Positions 49,462-61,031 of a stretch of DNA of 64,000 nucleotides are shown here, in pieces. The DNA lies in contig OZ287069.1 of the NCBI GenBank assembly GCA_965645245.1, forward strand, positions 434,001 through 498,000, read 5' to 3'. The notes beneath the pieces were generated by a model. It was not told the DNA's origin. It saw only the letters and a list, made by a program, of their open reading frames with translations, and made no database searches. The stretch is from Massalongia carnosa. Taxonomy: Eukaryota. Position numbers and translations under genes: made by a program. Each line of letters begins with the position of its first letter. Position 1 is the stretch's first letter.

Positions 49462-51534
49462 ATGAAACTAAGAGGTCCTCGCTCAAAACGAGCGAATACC
49501 GGGCCTCCAAATGCCTCGACAGAGCCTGTAAAGGCAAAGATAAAACTGACCTTGGCGGGGCCGAAGGGCAAAGATGCTGTCGACGACGATGATCCCATAT
49601 CGACGCCAACCTCAGCTCCGAAGGCATCTCGCAGGCAAAAGATCGTTCCCAAGACAAAGCCCCCCCCCCAAGCAAAGTCTTCCAAAGCAAAGCCTCCCAA
49701 AGCAAAGCCTCCCAAAGCAAAGCCCCCTCCCATTATCAAGCCCAGGCCGCCTCCCGGCTCGAATTATTATGCATCCCTAATGGTCCCGGATGACGAAGAT
49801 GATACAATTGACTCGGAGAATGACGTAGATGTAGAAAGTGTCGAGGGGAATGTCGAGGAGATTGCCGAGGGGAATGTTGAGGAAGAAGTCGAGAGTGCTG
49901 AGGGGAATGTTTTCGTTTCTGCTGCAAAGAAGATTGTCAAAAATGCCACTACTAGAAAGCCAAAGTCAAATCCACGTACCAAGACCAAGAAGACGCCCTC
50001 GTCAGACTCGCCCATTGTCATCACCTACCTGCTGAATGTGACGGTGATGTTTGAAAAGGATGTCGTTCATCAGATGTCCAGTACTCGAAAAGTTAACTCG
50101 GAATCGGAATTCGAAAAGAGATTATTTTTCAGACCTCATCTCAATGAGATGAGTTTAAAGGCTCAACGTCATGCAGATGACAAAACTTTTGCTTGTCGAC
50201 TAGTCAATGTCAAAGCCACTGTTGCATGGAATGGCATCAAACCTCAAGAACGTATGTCTCTGATGTTGGAAGAGTCTTGGCTTCCAATTGAAGAAGTCTT
50301 GATTTTCCGATATGAGAATGGAGCAAAAAGTTTGGCCGTCGATCTAATCTATCAATTCGCTCGGACCAAAAGCGGTGAAATTCCAGAAGATCCGACCGCT
50401 GCCGTTTCCAAAAAGTTGGGAACGGCCACCTTGAAATTGCAGAAGGAGTTGGAGGAGAGGGCCATTCTTCATGGTCAGACAGTTGAAAGAATGACGGCTC
50501 TACAATCTCTGCATGTCTGTAAGAAGAAGACATGTGAGAATTTCGGCCGATACTGTTGGAACGATGAAGAAAGAGATCAACATTACATTATCAGCAGTCA
50601 TCAGTTCGTGGCTTGGAATAAGGCATTGGATGATGACGTTTCGGGAGTCACTTCTCAGATGCCTCCATCGACTATCAGGGAAAGTATGTATTCGCAAAAA
50701 GGTAAAAGGAAGACTGCATCATCGACTCCGAAACAGGAAAGTCAGGAAGATTCGACCAGACATTTGCATCCCATCTATCAGCATCCCGCGTATCAATCCT
50801 TCCCCCCCTGGGCATTTGCCCCCCCCTCGACGTTTGTCAACCCCTCAGCATTTGCCAACCCCTCGGCATTTATTCCTTCTTCACCACTTCCCCAGCTTCA
50901 TTCGTCCCAGTTTCCTTCTTATTCTCCTTCTCAAGCTTCCGACTTCGGACGTCATCGAGACGAAACGCCTGTGGATCGAAGAGATCGTCAAGGAAGTTAT
51001 GCCCCCTCCGTCGTCGCCCCTCCCGCCGCTCCGAGCAGTCCAGTGGAGGAAGATTTGGAAGACTATGTCAATTGGCATATCCAATCCAAACCTCATCTGA
51101 AAGGCGTACTGAGGCATGCGTACGATCGACTGATGGAAGGTGGGTACGATTTAATGACTATCCAGACATTAAAGGGTATTGAGCATCAGTCCTTCTGGTC
51201 GAAGCTGAGTATTCCTCCCGGTATCGGAATTCAGCTGGCACGAGATGTCAGCAAATTTGGAAGACAGATGCAGATGCAAATGCCTCCGCCTTCCTCTCGG
51301 CGAATGCCTCCGCCCCCGTCTCGGCAAATGTCTCGACGTCCACGTTACCTGCCAACTTCGCAAATGACCACTCAGGCCAATACTCAGGTCATAAAAGAGG
51401 TGGATGAGGAAGAGGTGGATGAGACACTAGGGGAGATAAAAAGGGTTGATCCGAGAATGGAAGATGCCATTGAGGAGGATGAGTTGGAAAATACGTATAA
51501 TCTAGAATACGACTATGCCGAAGAAGAATATTAG
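49462..51534 (+). CDS. Transposon-borne hypothetical protein (690 aa from the first ATG)
   Basis: Intact intronless ORF inside the TIRs. K/P-rich repeats (KAKPP)n, acidic stretch, Cys/His motif CKKKTCENFGRYCW...H, P/S-rich linker, possible SAM-like helical domain, acidic tail. Confidence 0.8.
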   Translation: MKLRGPRSKRANTGPPNASTEPVKAKIKLTLAGPKGKDAVDDDDPISTPTSAPKASRRQKIVPKTKPPPQAKSSKAKPPKAKPPKAKPPPIIKPRPPPGSNYYASLMVPDDEDDTIDSENDVDVESVEGNVEEIAEGNVEEEVESAEGNVFVSAAKKIVKNATTRKPKSNPRTKTKKTPSSDSPIVITYLLNVTVMFEKDVVHQMSSTRKVNSESEFEKRLFFRPHLNEMSLKAQRHADDKTFACRLVNVKATVAWNGIKPQERMSLMLEESWLPIEEVLIFRYENGAKSLAVDLIYQFARTKSGEIPEDPTAAVSKKLGTATLKLQKELEERAILHGQTVERMTALQSLHVCKKKTCENFGRYCWNDEERDQHYIISSHQFVAWNKALDDDVSGVTSQMPPSTIRESMYSQKGKRKTASSTPKQESQEDSTRHLHPIYQHPAYQSFPPWAFAPPSTFVNPSAFANPSAFIPSSPLPQLHSSQFPSYSPSQASDFGRHRDETPVDRRDRQGSYAPSVVAPPAAPSSPVEEDLEDYVNWHIQSKPHLKGVLRHAYDRLMEGGYDLMTIQTLKGIEHQSFWSKLSIPPGIGIQLARDVSKFGRQMQMQMPPPSSRRMPPPPSRQMSRRPRYLPTSQMTTQANTQVIKEVDEEEVDETLGEIKRVDPRMEDAIEEDELENTYNLEYDYAEEEY

Positions 51535-51585
51535 ATTAGATTTCGAAATGAGACAGACAAGATGTCTGCAGACAGCAATCTAGAT

Positions 51586-52625
51586 CTAGATCTGAATAGT
51601 GGGATACTGAATACCGGCCATTCTAAATAAATTTCCCGGGTCTCCCATTCGACTTCTTTCTTTGACTGCATCCCGAAGAAATTGTCCGAACCCTCCATAC
51701 ACCTCTGTATATGAGAGACTCATCTCTCCATTTCGACGAATCCATGCTTTCAGCAATGCAAACGACGTCTCAATTGGATTGAAATCCGGAGAATAAGGAG
51801 GTAGTCTTGCCAAGGTGACGTTGGCAGCCTCACACATCTGAATGAGATCGTCATTCCAATGAATTCGAGCATTATCTAACACTAAAACAGATCTAGGACC
51901 TCCGTCGGCAGTGCAATGAGGAAGGACGTGATTTAGAACAAAATCATTGAAGATCAATGCAGTTATGGAGCCCTGATGCACCTCCCAAGCTATATATCCA
52001 TCGACCGTAAATGCAGGAAGAATGCTCCATCTCTTTGACCTTCTCAAATCCTGAACCATGGTCGCAGGAACACCGGCCGGTGCCCAGCCGTATCGACGAT
52101 CACCTATATATGAGATGAGAAGAAAGATGAGAAGAAGATAGGAAGATAAATACCGGTTCTTTCACACGCGGCACTTTCGTCTAGGAAGACCAATTGCTCG
52201 GCAGTCCAACCTCCTAGTCATTGCATCCAACCGTCGCGTAGAGTTTGATTCCGTTGAGCTGCCTGACGTCTCACCTTCTTTCGATTCCAACCAAGTCGTC
52301 TGAGGGCACGACTGACAGTGGATTCGTCGACGGAAATCTGAAATTCATCCCAGACAAACCAGCACATTTCATCCAGGTAGGCATGGGGGCGTTGCTCCAG
52401 GAATTCCAACAGTTGCAATTCATGATACTGACTCAACTTTCTAGGTCGATGACCAAGAGTTATTTGTGGAGCGACGACGTCTCCAAAATTCGTCCAATTG
52501 GACCTCATCAATTGCACCTGCCGAAGACTGACTCCGGTGACAGCTGCTATTCTTTTGTTATCGTCATTTCTTACAAATCTGAGGGTAATTGTCTCCCTCA
52601 TGGCGGGACTGAGGGGGCGAGGCAT
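51586..52625 (-). pseudogene. DD34E transposase (HTH + DDE_3), one intron (52104-52153), one premature stop
   Basis: VFLDESA, VLDNARIH, LPPYSPDFNPIE with 34 residues between D and E. 330 codons after splicing; TGA at 52218-52220 in WMQ*LGGW. Confidence 0.9.
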
Positions 52626-53624
52626 CTTGACGAAAAATAGAGCGGGCAAGGGCGGAGGAGCTGGGGATGGCAGTGACTATATTCTACAGCTACGAATTTC
52701 AGTACTAGAACAGGTAGTAATGCATAGTTATCACATAGACGGTGAGGGAAGTTTGGCTGGTTGGTTGTTATTTTCGCTAAATTTTGAGGTGTCGTGGCCA
52801 TTTCAGGGTCCGCGCAGACCCTTTGCAAGCGACAGTAACTACTCTTGGAACAGATATGAATAACCGGTTCGAGAATCTCGAGCTTCGTATGTACGTAGAG
52901 TTAGATCACTCCTACTCCAAACAAAGCTTATTATTCTAATACTATTTTACAGTGCCATCAATCTTCTTCCCCGGTTACATAAGTCTCACATAATAAGCCA
53001 TTAGACCACACTTCACCGGCTTCACAATGCACGGAATATGGCTGTGGAGACCATTCCAAAGACTATCTTTGATCTGATGCGTTTGAGAGGTCAGTTATAA
53101 TCTCAAGGGAGGATTTTTCAGGCAATTAAATTTTGATAGATCCAGCGCTATCGAGCCTGTTTAATGCGTACGGGTTTTCCAGGTGATGAAATTGCTGAGC
53201 TTTGGGGGGGGGACGTTAAGTACATACACAACTCATTAATACTGTTATCGATGTTACCGATGTATACATACAACACTGAGAAGGGCTCTAATGTAACTAC
53301 GAGTAGATATTTACTTTGCCGAGGTAGCCCTAAATGAACAAGTATAATTTACGAAGCTCCTCCCTACAGTGTTTGAACAGCAATGTGCAAGCTGCGCTTG
53401 AAGGTAACTACAGTATAGTAAACTACAATTTGCTTCACCGTTCCCACTTTCTGAGTTAATTTCTTTGCTGTGTGTTGCAGATTACATGACCTTGATTTCT
53501 GCTCTAGCTGGTGTGTAGAGCCAGTTAAGATTTACGATCTTTGCATCTTAGCAACCTTCACTTTGGTGCGAAGAGCATGTAGGTTTCTTACATCTTGTGG
53601 ATAAAGCCCTCAGATTCAAGGAAA

Positions 53625-54963
53625 ATGCCTCCGAAAGGTTATACAAGTAAAGTCCGTGTACTGGATCGGTACAAGGTGGTTGGCTTCATCAGGTACGTTG
53701 CGCAAGGCCCATGCTGGCTATTACAAGAGTACTGATATATCGTCTTGAGTTTAGTTCTGGTACGTATGGAAGAGTCTACAAAGCGGTTGGCTGGAATGGC
53801 CAATCAGGCGTTTTTGCAATCAAGAAGTGAGAAAGACCGGTTCTACGCAAAATTTAACGTATCATATGTTAATGTTCCGAGTCGGTAGGTTTAAGCCGGA
53901 TAAGGAGGGTGAAATAGTTCAGTACACTGGTATATCGCAATCCGCCTGCCGCGAGATGGCGTTGTGCTCAGAACTCTCGCATCCTAATGTCATTCACCTG
54001 GTTGAGATCATTTTGGAGGATAAATGCATATTCATGGTGTTTGAGTATGCTGAACATGATTTGTTGCAAATAATACAGCACCATGCGCAGCCATCGAGAC
54101 ACCCAATTCCAGCGTCAGCGGTCAAATCAGTGTTGTTTCAGCTTTTGAACGGACTTCTGTATTTACATACCAATTGGGTGCTTCACAGGGATTTGAAACC
54201 AGCCAACATTATGGTAACGTCAAAAGGAGAAGTGAGGATCGGGGATCTCGGTCTTGCACGAATTTTCTATAAGCCGCTCCACTCCCTATACAATGGCGAT
54301 AAGGTCGTAGTCACGATCTGGTACCGTGCCCCAGAACTCCTTCTTGGAAGTAGACACTATACACCAGCGGTTGACCTTTGGGCTGTTGGCTGCATATTTG
54401 CTGAGCTTCTTTCTCTGCGCCCAATTTTCAAGGGCGAAGAGGCCAAAATGGACAGCAAAAAGGCAGTGCCGTTTCAACGGAATCAAATGCAGAAGATAGT
54501 GGAGATACTAGGCATGCCTACGAAAGAGAAATGGCCAGGCCTTTTACATCAGTCAGAATATACTCAACTACAAACATTATCCTACGCGGTGCGAGATATA
54601 GGAAACGGTAGGTCCTCAGGCCTGGAATCATGGTATTGGAACACTTTGAAAACCTCGGGATACCAAGAACCCCAGACATCCGGTCCCCCAGGGCAGGAGG
54701 GGTTAGACCTTCTTTCGAGGCTACTGGAATACGATCCTACCAAAAGGCTGACCGCACAGGAGGCACTGCAACACCCGTATTTCTCAGCAAATGGTGAGAA
54801 AGTCACCGCAAATTGTTTTGAAGGGATCACCACCCAGTATCCCCACCGAAGAGTGAGCCAAGATGACAATGATATTCGGACTGGTAGCTTGCCTGGAACC
54901 AAAAGAAGCGGGCTTCCAGATGACAACATTGGCGGAAGGCCCACTAAAAGGATTAAAGATTGA
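53625..54963 (+). CDS. SSN3: Mediator kinase CDK8 / Ssn3 / Srb10
   Basis: GFIS|SGTYGRVYKA, FAIKK|FKPDKEG, GISQSACREMALC cyclin-binding helix, HRDLKPAN, DLGLAR, VVTIWYRAPELLLG. Confidence 0.95.
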
Positions 54964-55184
54964 AACTGTCGGATCTCGAGGTCTAATTCAATGCAATATA
55001 TAGTTTGGAATACGACATATTTAAGCCACAAGTCTCAAGAAGAATTGGGGAAGCCGTGAACTCTAAAATGGTGTTATCATCAACCATGGCAACATACAAT
55101 CAAGCGTTTTCAGCATGTTATGTAGGGGCTGGACCTAACAATCACTTGGCTTGACCATTTGGAAATTTTTTGCGTTGTTACACG

Positions 55185-55347
55185 TGTTGAATATCCAATT
55201 CCTACCAGCACAATGAACACCTATCAGTTCAATGAACATAGCACCTACTGCCCTAGATTGACAGATCATTTACGGAAACCGTAGATGCCGCATTAGGCTT
55301 AGTCCCAATATAAGATAAGATCACCTCGCTTAGAAGGGGTGACCAGT
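55185..55347 (-). repeat. Dispersed repeat copy 2 (inverted relative to 42435-42591)
   Basis: aatgaacatagcacctac...gaaaccgtagatgccgcattaggcttag...atcacctcgcttag matches the reverse complement of copy 1. Confidence 0.75.
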
Positions 55348-57251
55348 AATAGGAAAAGATTGCTGCATAGCAACTCTTCATCCTTAACATCACGGTCATA
55401 CATACCTTTATTATTACATAGCCATATAGCCATAGTCATATACCTATTTCAACAACACGAAAGCCGTCAATGGACCGACTGAGGAAAATCGGATAGGTAT
55501 ATGACGATTACGACCGAGCTATATATAGGTGAATGAAAACATGTGCGTGCATAATTAGATCCTCCTTATGCGAAAACGATTCCTGAAGTTCTGATTGATC
55601 GGGATCTTAGTTTCGATGCCCTGAGGGGAAAGAGAATGTACGAATTGTAAAGAGAGGGTACGATTAGGGTGTACGAGCTGTAAATGGATTGTATGGATAG
55701 CGGGACCCTAAGTATAAGGCGTATTCTAGGTCGGCCGCCTAACCTAGCAAAATATCTTCTTGCTACCTGCATACAAATAGACTATCATGTATGCATTTAG
55801 GTTCTCGATTTTGTGAGTAGCATTCAGTTGCCTCAACTCATTTATTATCATAAAAGGTTCGATTCCTATTAGCGCTGGCCTAATGGTATGGTGGTGGTTT
55901 TTTTTTCTGCATGCTTCATAATATCCCTTACCATAGCAATGAGCGCCAGTTTTACTCTTCACTTATCTGTTCTTGGTACTCGAACGCAAAAATACCGGAT
56001 AGAATAGGACCATCCGGAAGCAATGCGGATGAGGGCAGACAGCGAAATAATGTCCTCTTCTTACGCAGGCGGAATCTCTTCAAGCAGTTTCCACCTAATG
56101 GCTGGACCGTCATGAGCTGGCAGGAATCTCTTTCCATAGCCTTCGTCCCATGCTCCGCTGTGCTAGTAGCATTTATCAAAGCATTAGATAATCTGCTTAC
56201 GTACATGAAAGCTCTCAGCCAAATGCACATGACCTCACATTAGCCATTGGTTATCTCCGACTATAGTTTTGGAGTAAGCAAGGCTATGTCTTATGAAACT
56301 TTGTAGCGGAATTTGCACCAGCGATGCTGGAGTTCACCCAGCGAGGTTCCCATTTGGAATTTTTTTTTTCATACTTAAATCTCCTGTTGTATATGTGTGG
56401 TCATACACTGCCCTGGCAATTAGTTCTTGATCAAGTCAGGCCGTGCTGTAAGGATTACGACGTATTTCGAGTTGCGCCTTGGTTGTAAGCTCTGCAATCA
56501 AAATCTAGGAACCCTTAGATCCCCGAAGAACGTTGGGCTAGTCAAAATTAACGTCATTGGACCATCTAAGGAGATACGAAAGCCCGCCGGTCTTGCGCCA
56601 TGCATCATGACTTTGTACTACAAACTAAAAGGATCTTGGTGGCTTCAACTTTTATGCCCTCTCATATGGTTTTTTTCACTATAGGGCTCTTTCAAAATGC
56701 AAGATGTTCTTGTCTCCCGAGGGTTTTGAGGATTGGTTGCTCATAAATTCTCAAAAGGAGTGATCCCTACGGTGTTCCCAGGGTTCTATGGCTTGGGCTG
56801 ATTTTCGGTGGTGGAGATAATTTTGGTTAATTTGATATGCTCGGTCTTCTGTAGGCAGCGTGGCAGGTGGGAGAGAGATCCTACCCACCTTACATGAATT
56901 TCCTACGCCGCTTTTGAGAGAAGAGCTTGGAAAGACTCGGAGTGGATTTTCAATCATAACAAGTTGCATTAAAGAGAGAGAAGGGGATAGATATATGCTG
57001 TGAGAGTATATTTCTGCTGCGACGACGTAAGGAGTGAATTAATGATCGCAGCAAGCGTTCGTTGGTAATTGTAGCGAGATGTGTCATGTGATTGCTCTTA
57101 TCCTAACCTTTCACTGGCCCTCTCTAGCCCCTGAACCCATCTAGATTAGGTCACACGGCAGTGCCTGAGAAATAACGTTAGCCTTATTAGGCAATATCAA
57201 AAGATCAAAGTTCAATATAGCAATTGTGCTCGCTGCAGATGACTTGCATGG

Positions 57252-59210
57252 ATGACCAGCCGCAACCTTCTACCACCGCGAGGAACTTGCGACACCGAGT
57301 TCCCTTCGAGCACCCCAAGTCCAACCATTTATACCCCCTTCGAAGACACAAGTCCGCACCGCTCCAAAGTATCTTCGCGACGGTCCTCGCCCTACGGAAT
57401 AAAAACCCCCACAACCTTCTCCTTACCTTCGCTCCAACCCGGCCGCTCGAGTTCCCCAGAAGACCTACACAGGGAAAGATTTGGAAGGGGTTTCGCTCAG
57501 AGAAGTGGCCTTCGTCTCGGTTTGGAGGACGAGGACGAGGATATGCCTGGAAGACTACCCATGCATAGCCCTGGCGATGGCCACTCTCAACTGCCTTTGC
57601 TGAAAGATGAGCGGGGTAGAGCGTCCTACGATTCCCCGCATGGAAGTGCACGACCTGCGTTTGCTGCACGGCGGTCCACTTTTCGAAGCAGGAGTCCGGA
57701 GCAGAACAATACCTCGGCGACTCGGGACAAGTATGCTTACTCCGTTTTATTTTTGTTGATAAGTCTCGTTAGCTTCACCGTTCAGACAGAGACGGCGGTT
57801 TATATACAGCATGAGTTGGGGTGGAACAAAGCGTATTGTATGTTGTGAGTCTGCACTGTTCTTTGAGAGCTACGCTTTGGTTGACAGGTTCTCTTTAACT
57901 GGCAGGTATTTGACACACGGTTCATGGGTACTGGTATGGCCGGTCATGCTGCTTTTCTTACGCCTGAAAAATTGGAATAAACCCTGGCGGACTTTTTGGC
58001 GGCGCCACGTCTACATTCTCCGCTCGACAGCCCAAATGGTTCAGTCGCAAACCCTCCATCTTAGCACCCACGACACTCAAAAGTCACCTGTGTTTTACAT
58101 GCTACGAACAACGGTGATTGTCACTACAGCTCTGACGGTCGCTGGCGGCTCGTGGTACGTGGCTGTGGATCTGACGTCCGCAAGCGACTTGACCGCTATC
58201 TACAATTGTTCTGCCTTTTTTGCCTACGCTTTCAGCATCCCCTTATTAAAAGACAAGCTACGCCTCGACAAGATTTTTTCCGTAGTCGTCGCCGTTGCTG
58301 GCGTTTTGATTGTAGCCTATGGTGACGTGGGCGCTGCGGAAAAGGGCGGCATCTTAGAGGGGCCCATTGATGCTGGGAAAAGCGAGACGCGATACCGAGC
58401 CATTGGCAACGTCATCATCGGTGTAGGCAGTGTGCTATACGGATTATACGAGGTACTGTACAAGCGACTGGCTTGCCCCCCCGAAGGCGCCAGCGCGGGT
58501 CGGGGTATGATTTTTGCCAATACCGTGACCAGCCTGATTGGCAGCTTCACGCTTTTAGTGCTGTGGATCCCATTACCCATCCTACATCTCACTGGCCTAG
58601 AGGAATTTGAGCTTCCGCGCGGTCAAGCGGCGTGGATGCTCCTGATCTCTGTCCTAGCGAATGCAAGTGAGTGAACTGTACCCCCAAAGCCCTTACCCTG
58701 CCAACATGCTCATCCATCATGTAGCCTTCTCCGGCGCATTCCTTACTCTCATTTCCCTTACCTCCCCGGTTCTTTCCTCCGTCGCGTCCCTGTAAGTCTT
58801 TCTCTCTTGCCCTTCCCTTCCTTCGTGCTTGCATCCCCCTTACTAATCACCTTTTTCAAATGACATCAAGTCTCACCATCTTCCTCGTTGCAATTGTGGA
58901 CTGGTATCTGAAAAATGAGCAGCTCTCGCCCGCCGCTATTGTTGGCGGTCTCTTCATCGTCGCTGCCTTTGCGCTGCTAAGCTGGAGCACGTATCGCGAA
59001 ATGGACGAGGAGAGGCGGAAACGGTGCGTTTTTTTCGAGTTTTGGCTTCTTTTTTCTGTCCTTCTCTCCGCATTTCTTTTGCTTCTCCCCCCTAAGGTTT
59101 TTTTTTTCATATATACTCGGAGCGGTGCCGGAGCGGAGGATCTGGCTGACTCATGGCTCGCTTTTCTCAGACTTGAAAGCGAGATAGTGGACTCAGACAG
59201 CGAGGATTGA
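57252..59210 (+). CDS. DMT/EamA-family membrane transporter (SLC35F / Thi74-like)
   Basis: Multiple TM helices; SFTVQTETAVYIQHELGWNKAY, ASDLTAIYNCSAFFAYAFS, GSVLYGLYEVLYK; four predicted introns. Confidence 0.8.
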
Positions 59211-59865
59211 AGCTTGGTCGGTCTATCGGTATAGGATGGGGGTTAGGCAGGGGCCTGTTTCGTCCTCCCGGTCCCGGAAGACTAGGGGCCCGTTCATGCC
59301 TCTTCTCGTTCTTTTGGGTGGGAACTGTTTTCTGGCATGACCCACTCGCTCAAAGGTTGAAGGAGCAACAAGCCCCAAAGTATTTACATAATTGTTTTCC
59401 TCGAAAGGAGCACGCAGGCAGGCATTTTGGCAGTGGAAGTGACTTTGATTTCCCCCCACTTTCAGCATTTTTCTAGAAGACCGCAGCCGAAGCGGCTTGG
59501 TTGGTTCTTTAGGATATATTTAGATCTGCGCCTATCTGTTTGTTTGCATCGCGAAAGGAGGGGCATTTGGGTGGAATTGCGTGTTTCTACAGAGCAGAAA
59601 ATGGAAGGAGAGGGGAGGGGGGTTATAAAGGAAAGATAGTTTAGAAGGAGAGATAGAGCAGTACATGTAGATGAGGAGTCTTTACATGTCGCGTTTACAA
59701 GCGAACCGGGAAGTGACAGATATTGGCATAAGCTGTTTGGCTGCAAGCCGTTTCGGTTGACGAGAAAGATAGCTGAAGCTTGATAGCAAAACAAGGCAGT
59801 CCGAGACTTCTTCTTTTCTCTTGCTCGTGGTTCAAGCTAGCGGCTCACGAAAGAACCCACTTCCT

Positions 59866-61031
59866 TCAAGCGTCCGCCTTGACTGCCTCGATCTTCGCCT
59901 TGACACGGGCGACTTTCTCCTCTTTACTCAACTTTGGCGTTAGATGCTTCTTCGACTCCCGCTTCCACTCCTCCTTAGTCTTCTTCTTCTCACCTCCATC
60001 TTCCTCGTCATCCTTCTTCCACGGATCCTCGCGGATGGCCTTATGCGCCTCCTGGTAAAGCTCTTCCAGTCCGTCGGCCTCGACCTCGTCGTCAATGTAT
60101 CCCTGAAACTGTGATTTGTAGCGCTCCTCGTCGTCGTCCGCTAGCGTCTCCATGTACTCCGCCACGTGCCCACCGAAGATGTACTTACGTAGTGCCTCCG
60201 CGTCGAGCTCTTTGGTCTCATTATCGTAGCCGGGGAAACGGTTCTCCGAGTGGGGAATCAGAATCCCGCCATCCGAGGCGCCCTTCATGGCGCCGAAGAT
60301 GCGAGCCCCTGTTGAGGTGCGCGCAAGTCCGACGTCGAGAAAGCATTTGAACGGGCGGCGGGACTCGCCATCGATGTCTGCGGCCTCGGTGAGTTTGTGT
60401 TCGCCGTCGGCCTCCTCGACGCCGGGGAAGTCATCCGCGAGTTCGAGTTTCGAGAGGGCCCGACGGGCAATGAGGAGACCGGTGGCGTAGGCGGCAGCCC
60501 AGTTAGTGAGGCCATGCTTGATACCGTAGCGCTTGAGCTCGTGCGCGTATGCGGCACAGAACACTTTGTCACCCGTGATCTCAGACGTAACGATTTGAAT
60601 CACGATGTCACGATTGGTGAAGCGCACTACCAGGCGGTATTTCGGGGCATTGTATTTGTTTTTTGCTTGAGTGATGAGGCGCTTGCGGGCATAGTAATCA
60701 GTTTTACCAGCACGACGGCGTTTGTATTTAGTTTGATAGCGGCTAACGAGGTTTGTTAGGATGGATATTGGGTTACGAAGGGACGAATAAGACGGTTAAG
60801 ATGGACAGGTGCAGGGCGGAATGAGATAGGATGAAATAAATTTAAATACTCACCTATAATATGCGCTGTTTTTGACCAATTTCGTGAACGGCTAGGTGGT
60901 GAAGAGTGCGAGTCAGCAATTTGCGCTTCAGACCATCTCCGAAGCTTCTTGCAGAGACTCGAGGTCGTCGTGCCCAGTTTCGGGCAGCGAGTTTGAGAAG
61001 TAGTTGGAGGCTAATCGCGTAGACTCACCAT
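59866..61031 (-). CDS. RPL5: 60S ribosomal protein L5 (uL18)
   Basis: ATG followed immediately by an intron, then [73 protein letters not shown]. Confidence 0.97.

Larger units (their letters stand above)
49230..52835. mobile_element. Tc1/IS630-type (DD34E) DNA transposon, 3606 bp, long TIRs, two convergent genes
   Basis: About 210-bp TIRs (49230-49439 and 52627-52835, about 8 differences), TA duplications at 49228-49229 and 52836-52837. Confidence 0.95.
49000..53200 (+). pseudogene. Coiled-coil gene remnant interrupted by the Tc1-like element
   Basis: The heptad-like frame LIEAIDGLIKTINNLKTGVITLKSEVSSLKTEV continues after the TA duplication as TTLGTDMNNRFENLEL, followed by a GTATGT donor. 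Frameshift and stops elsewhere. Confidence 0.45.

Noticed and set aside
55850..55880. GGTTCGATTCC resembling a tRNA T-loop / B box
   Set aside because: No acceptor stem, D arm or anticodon arm can be folded around it.
55744..56243. Short ORFs downstream of SSN3
   Set aside because: No recognisable motifs or consistent exon structure.
60743..61028. RPL5 introns as snoRNA hosts
   Set aside because: No paired C/D or H/ACA boxes seen.
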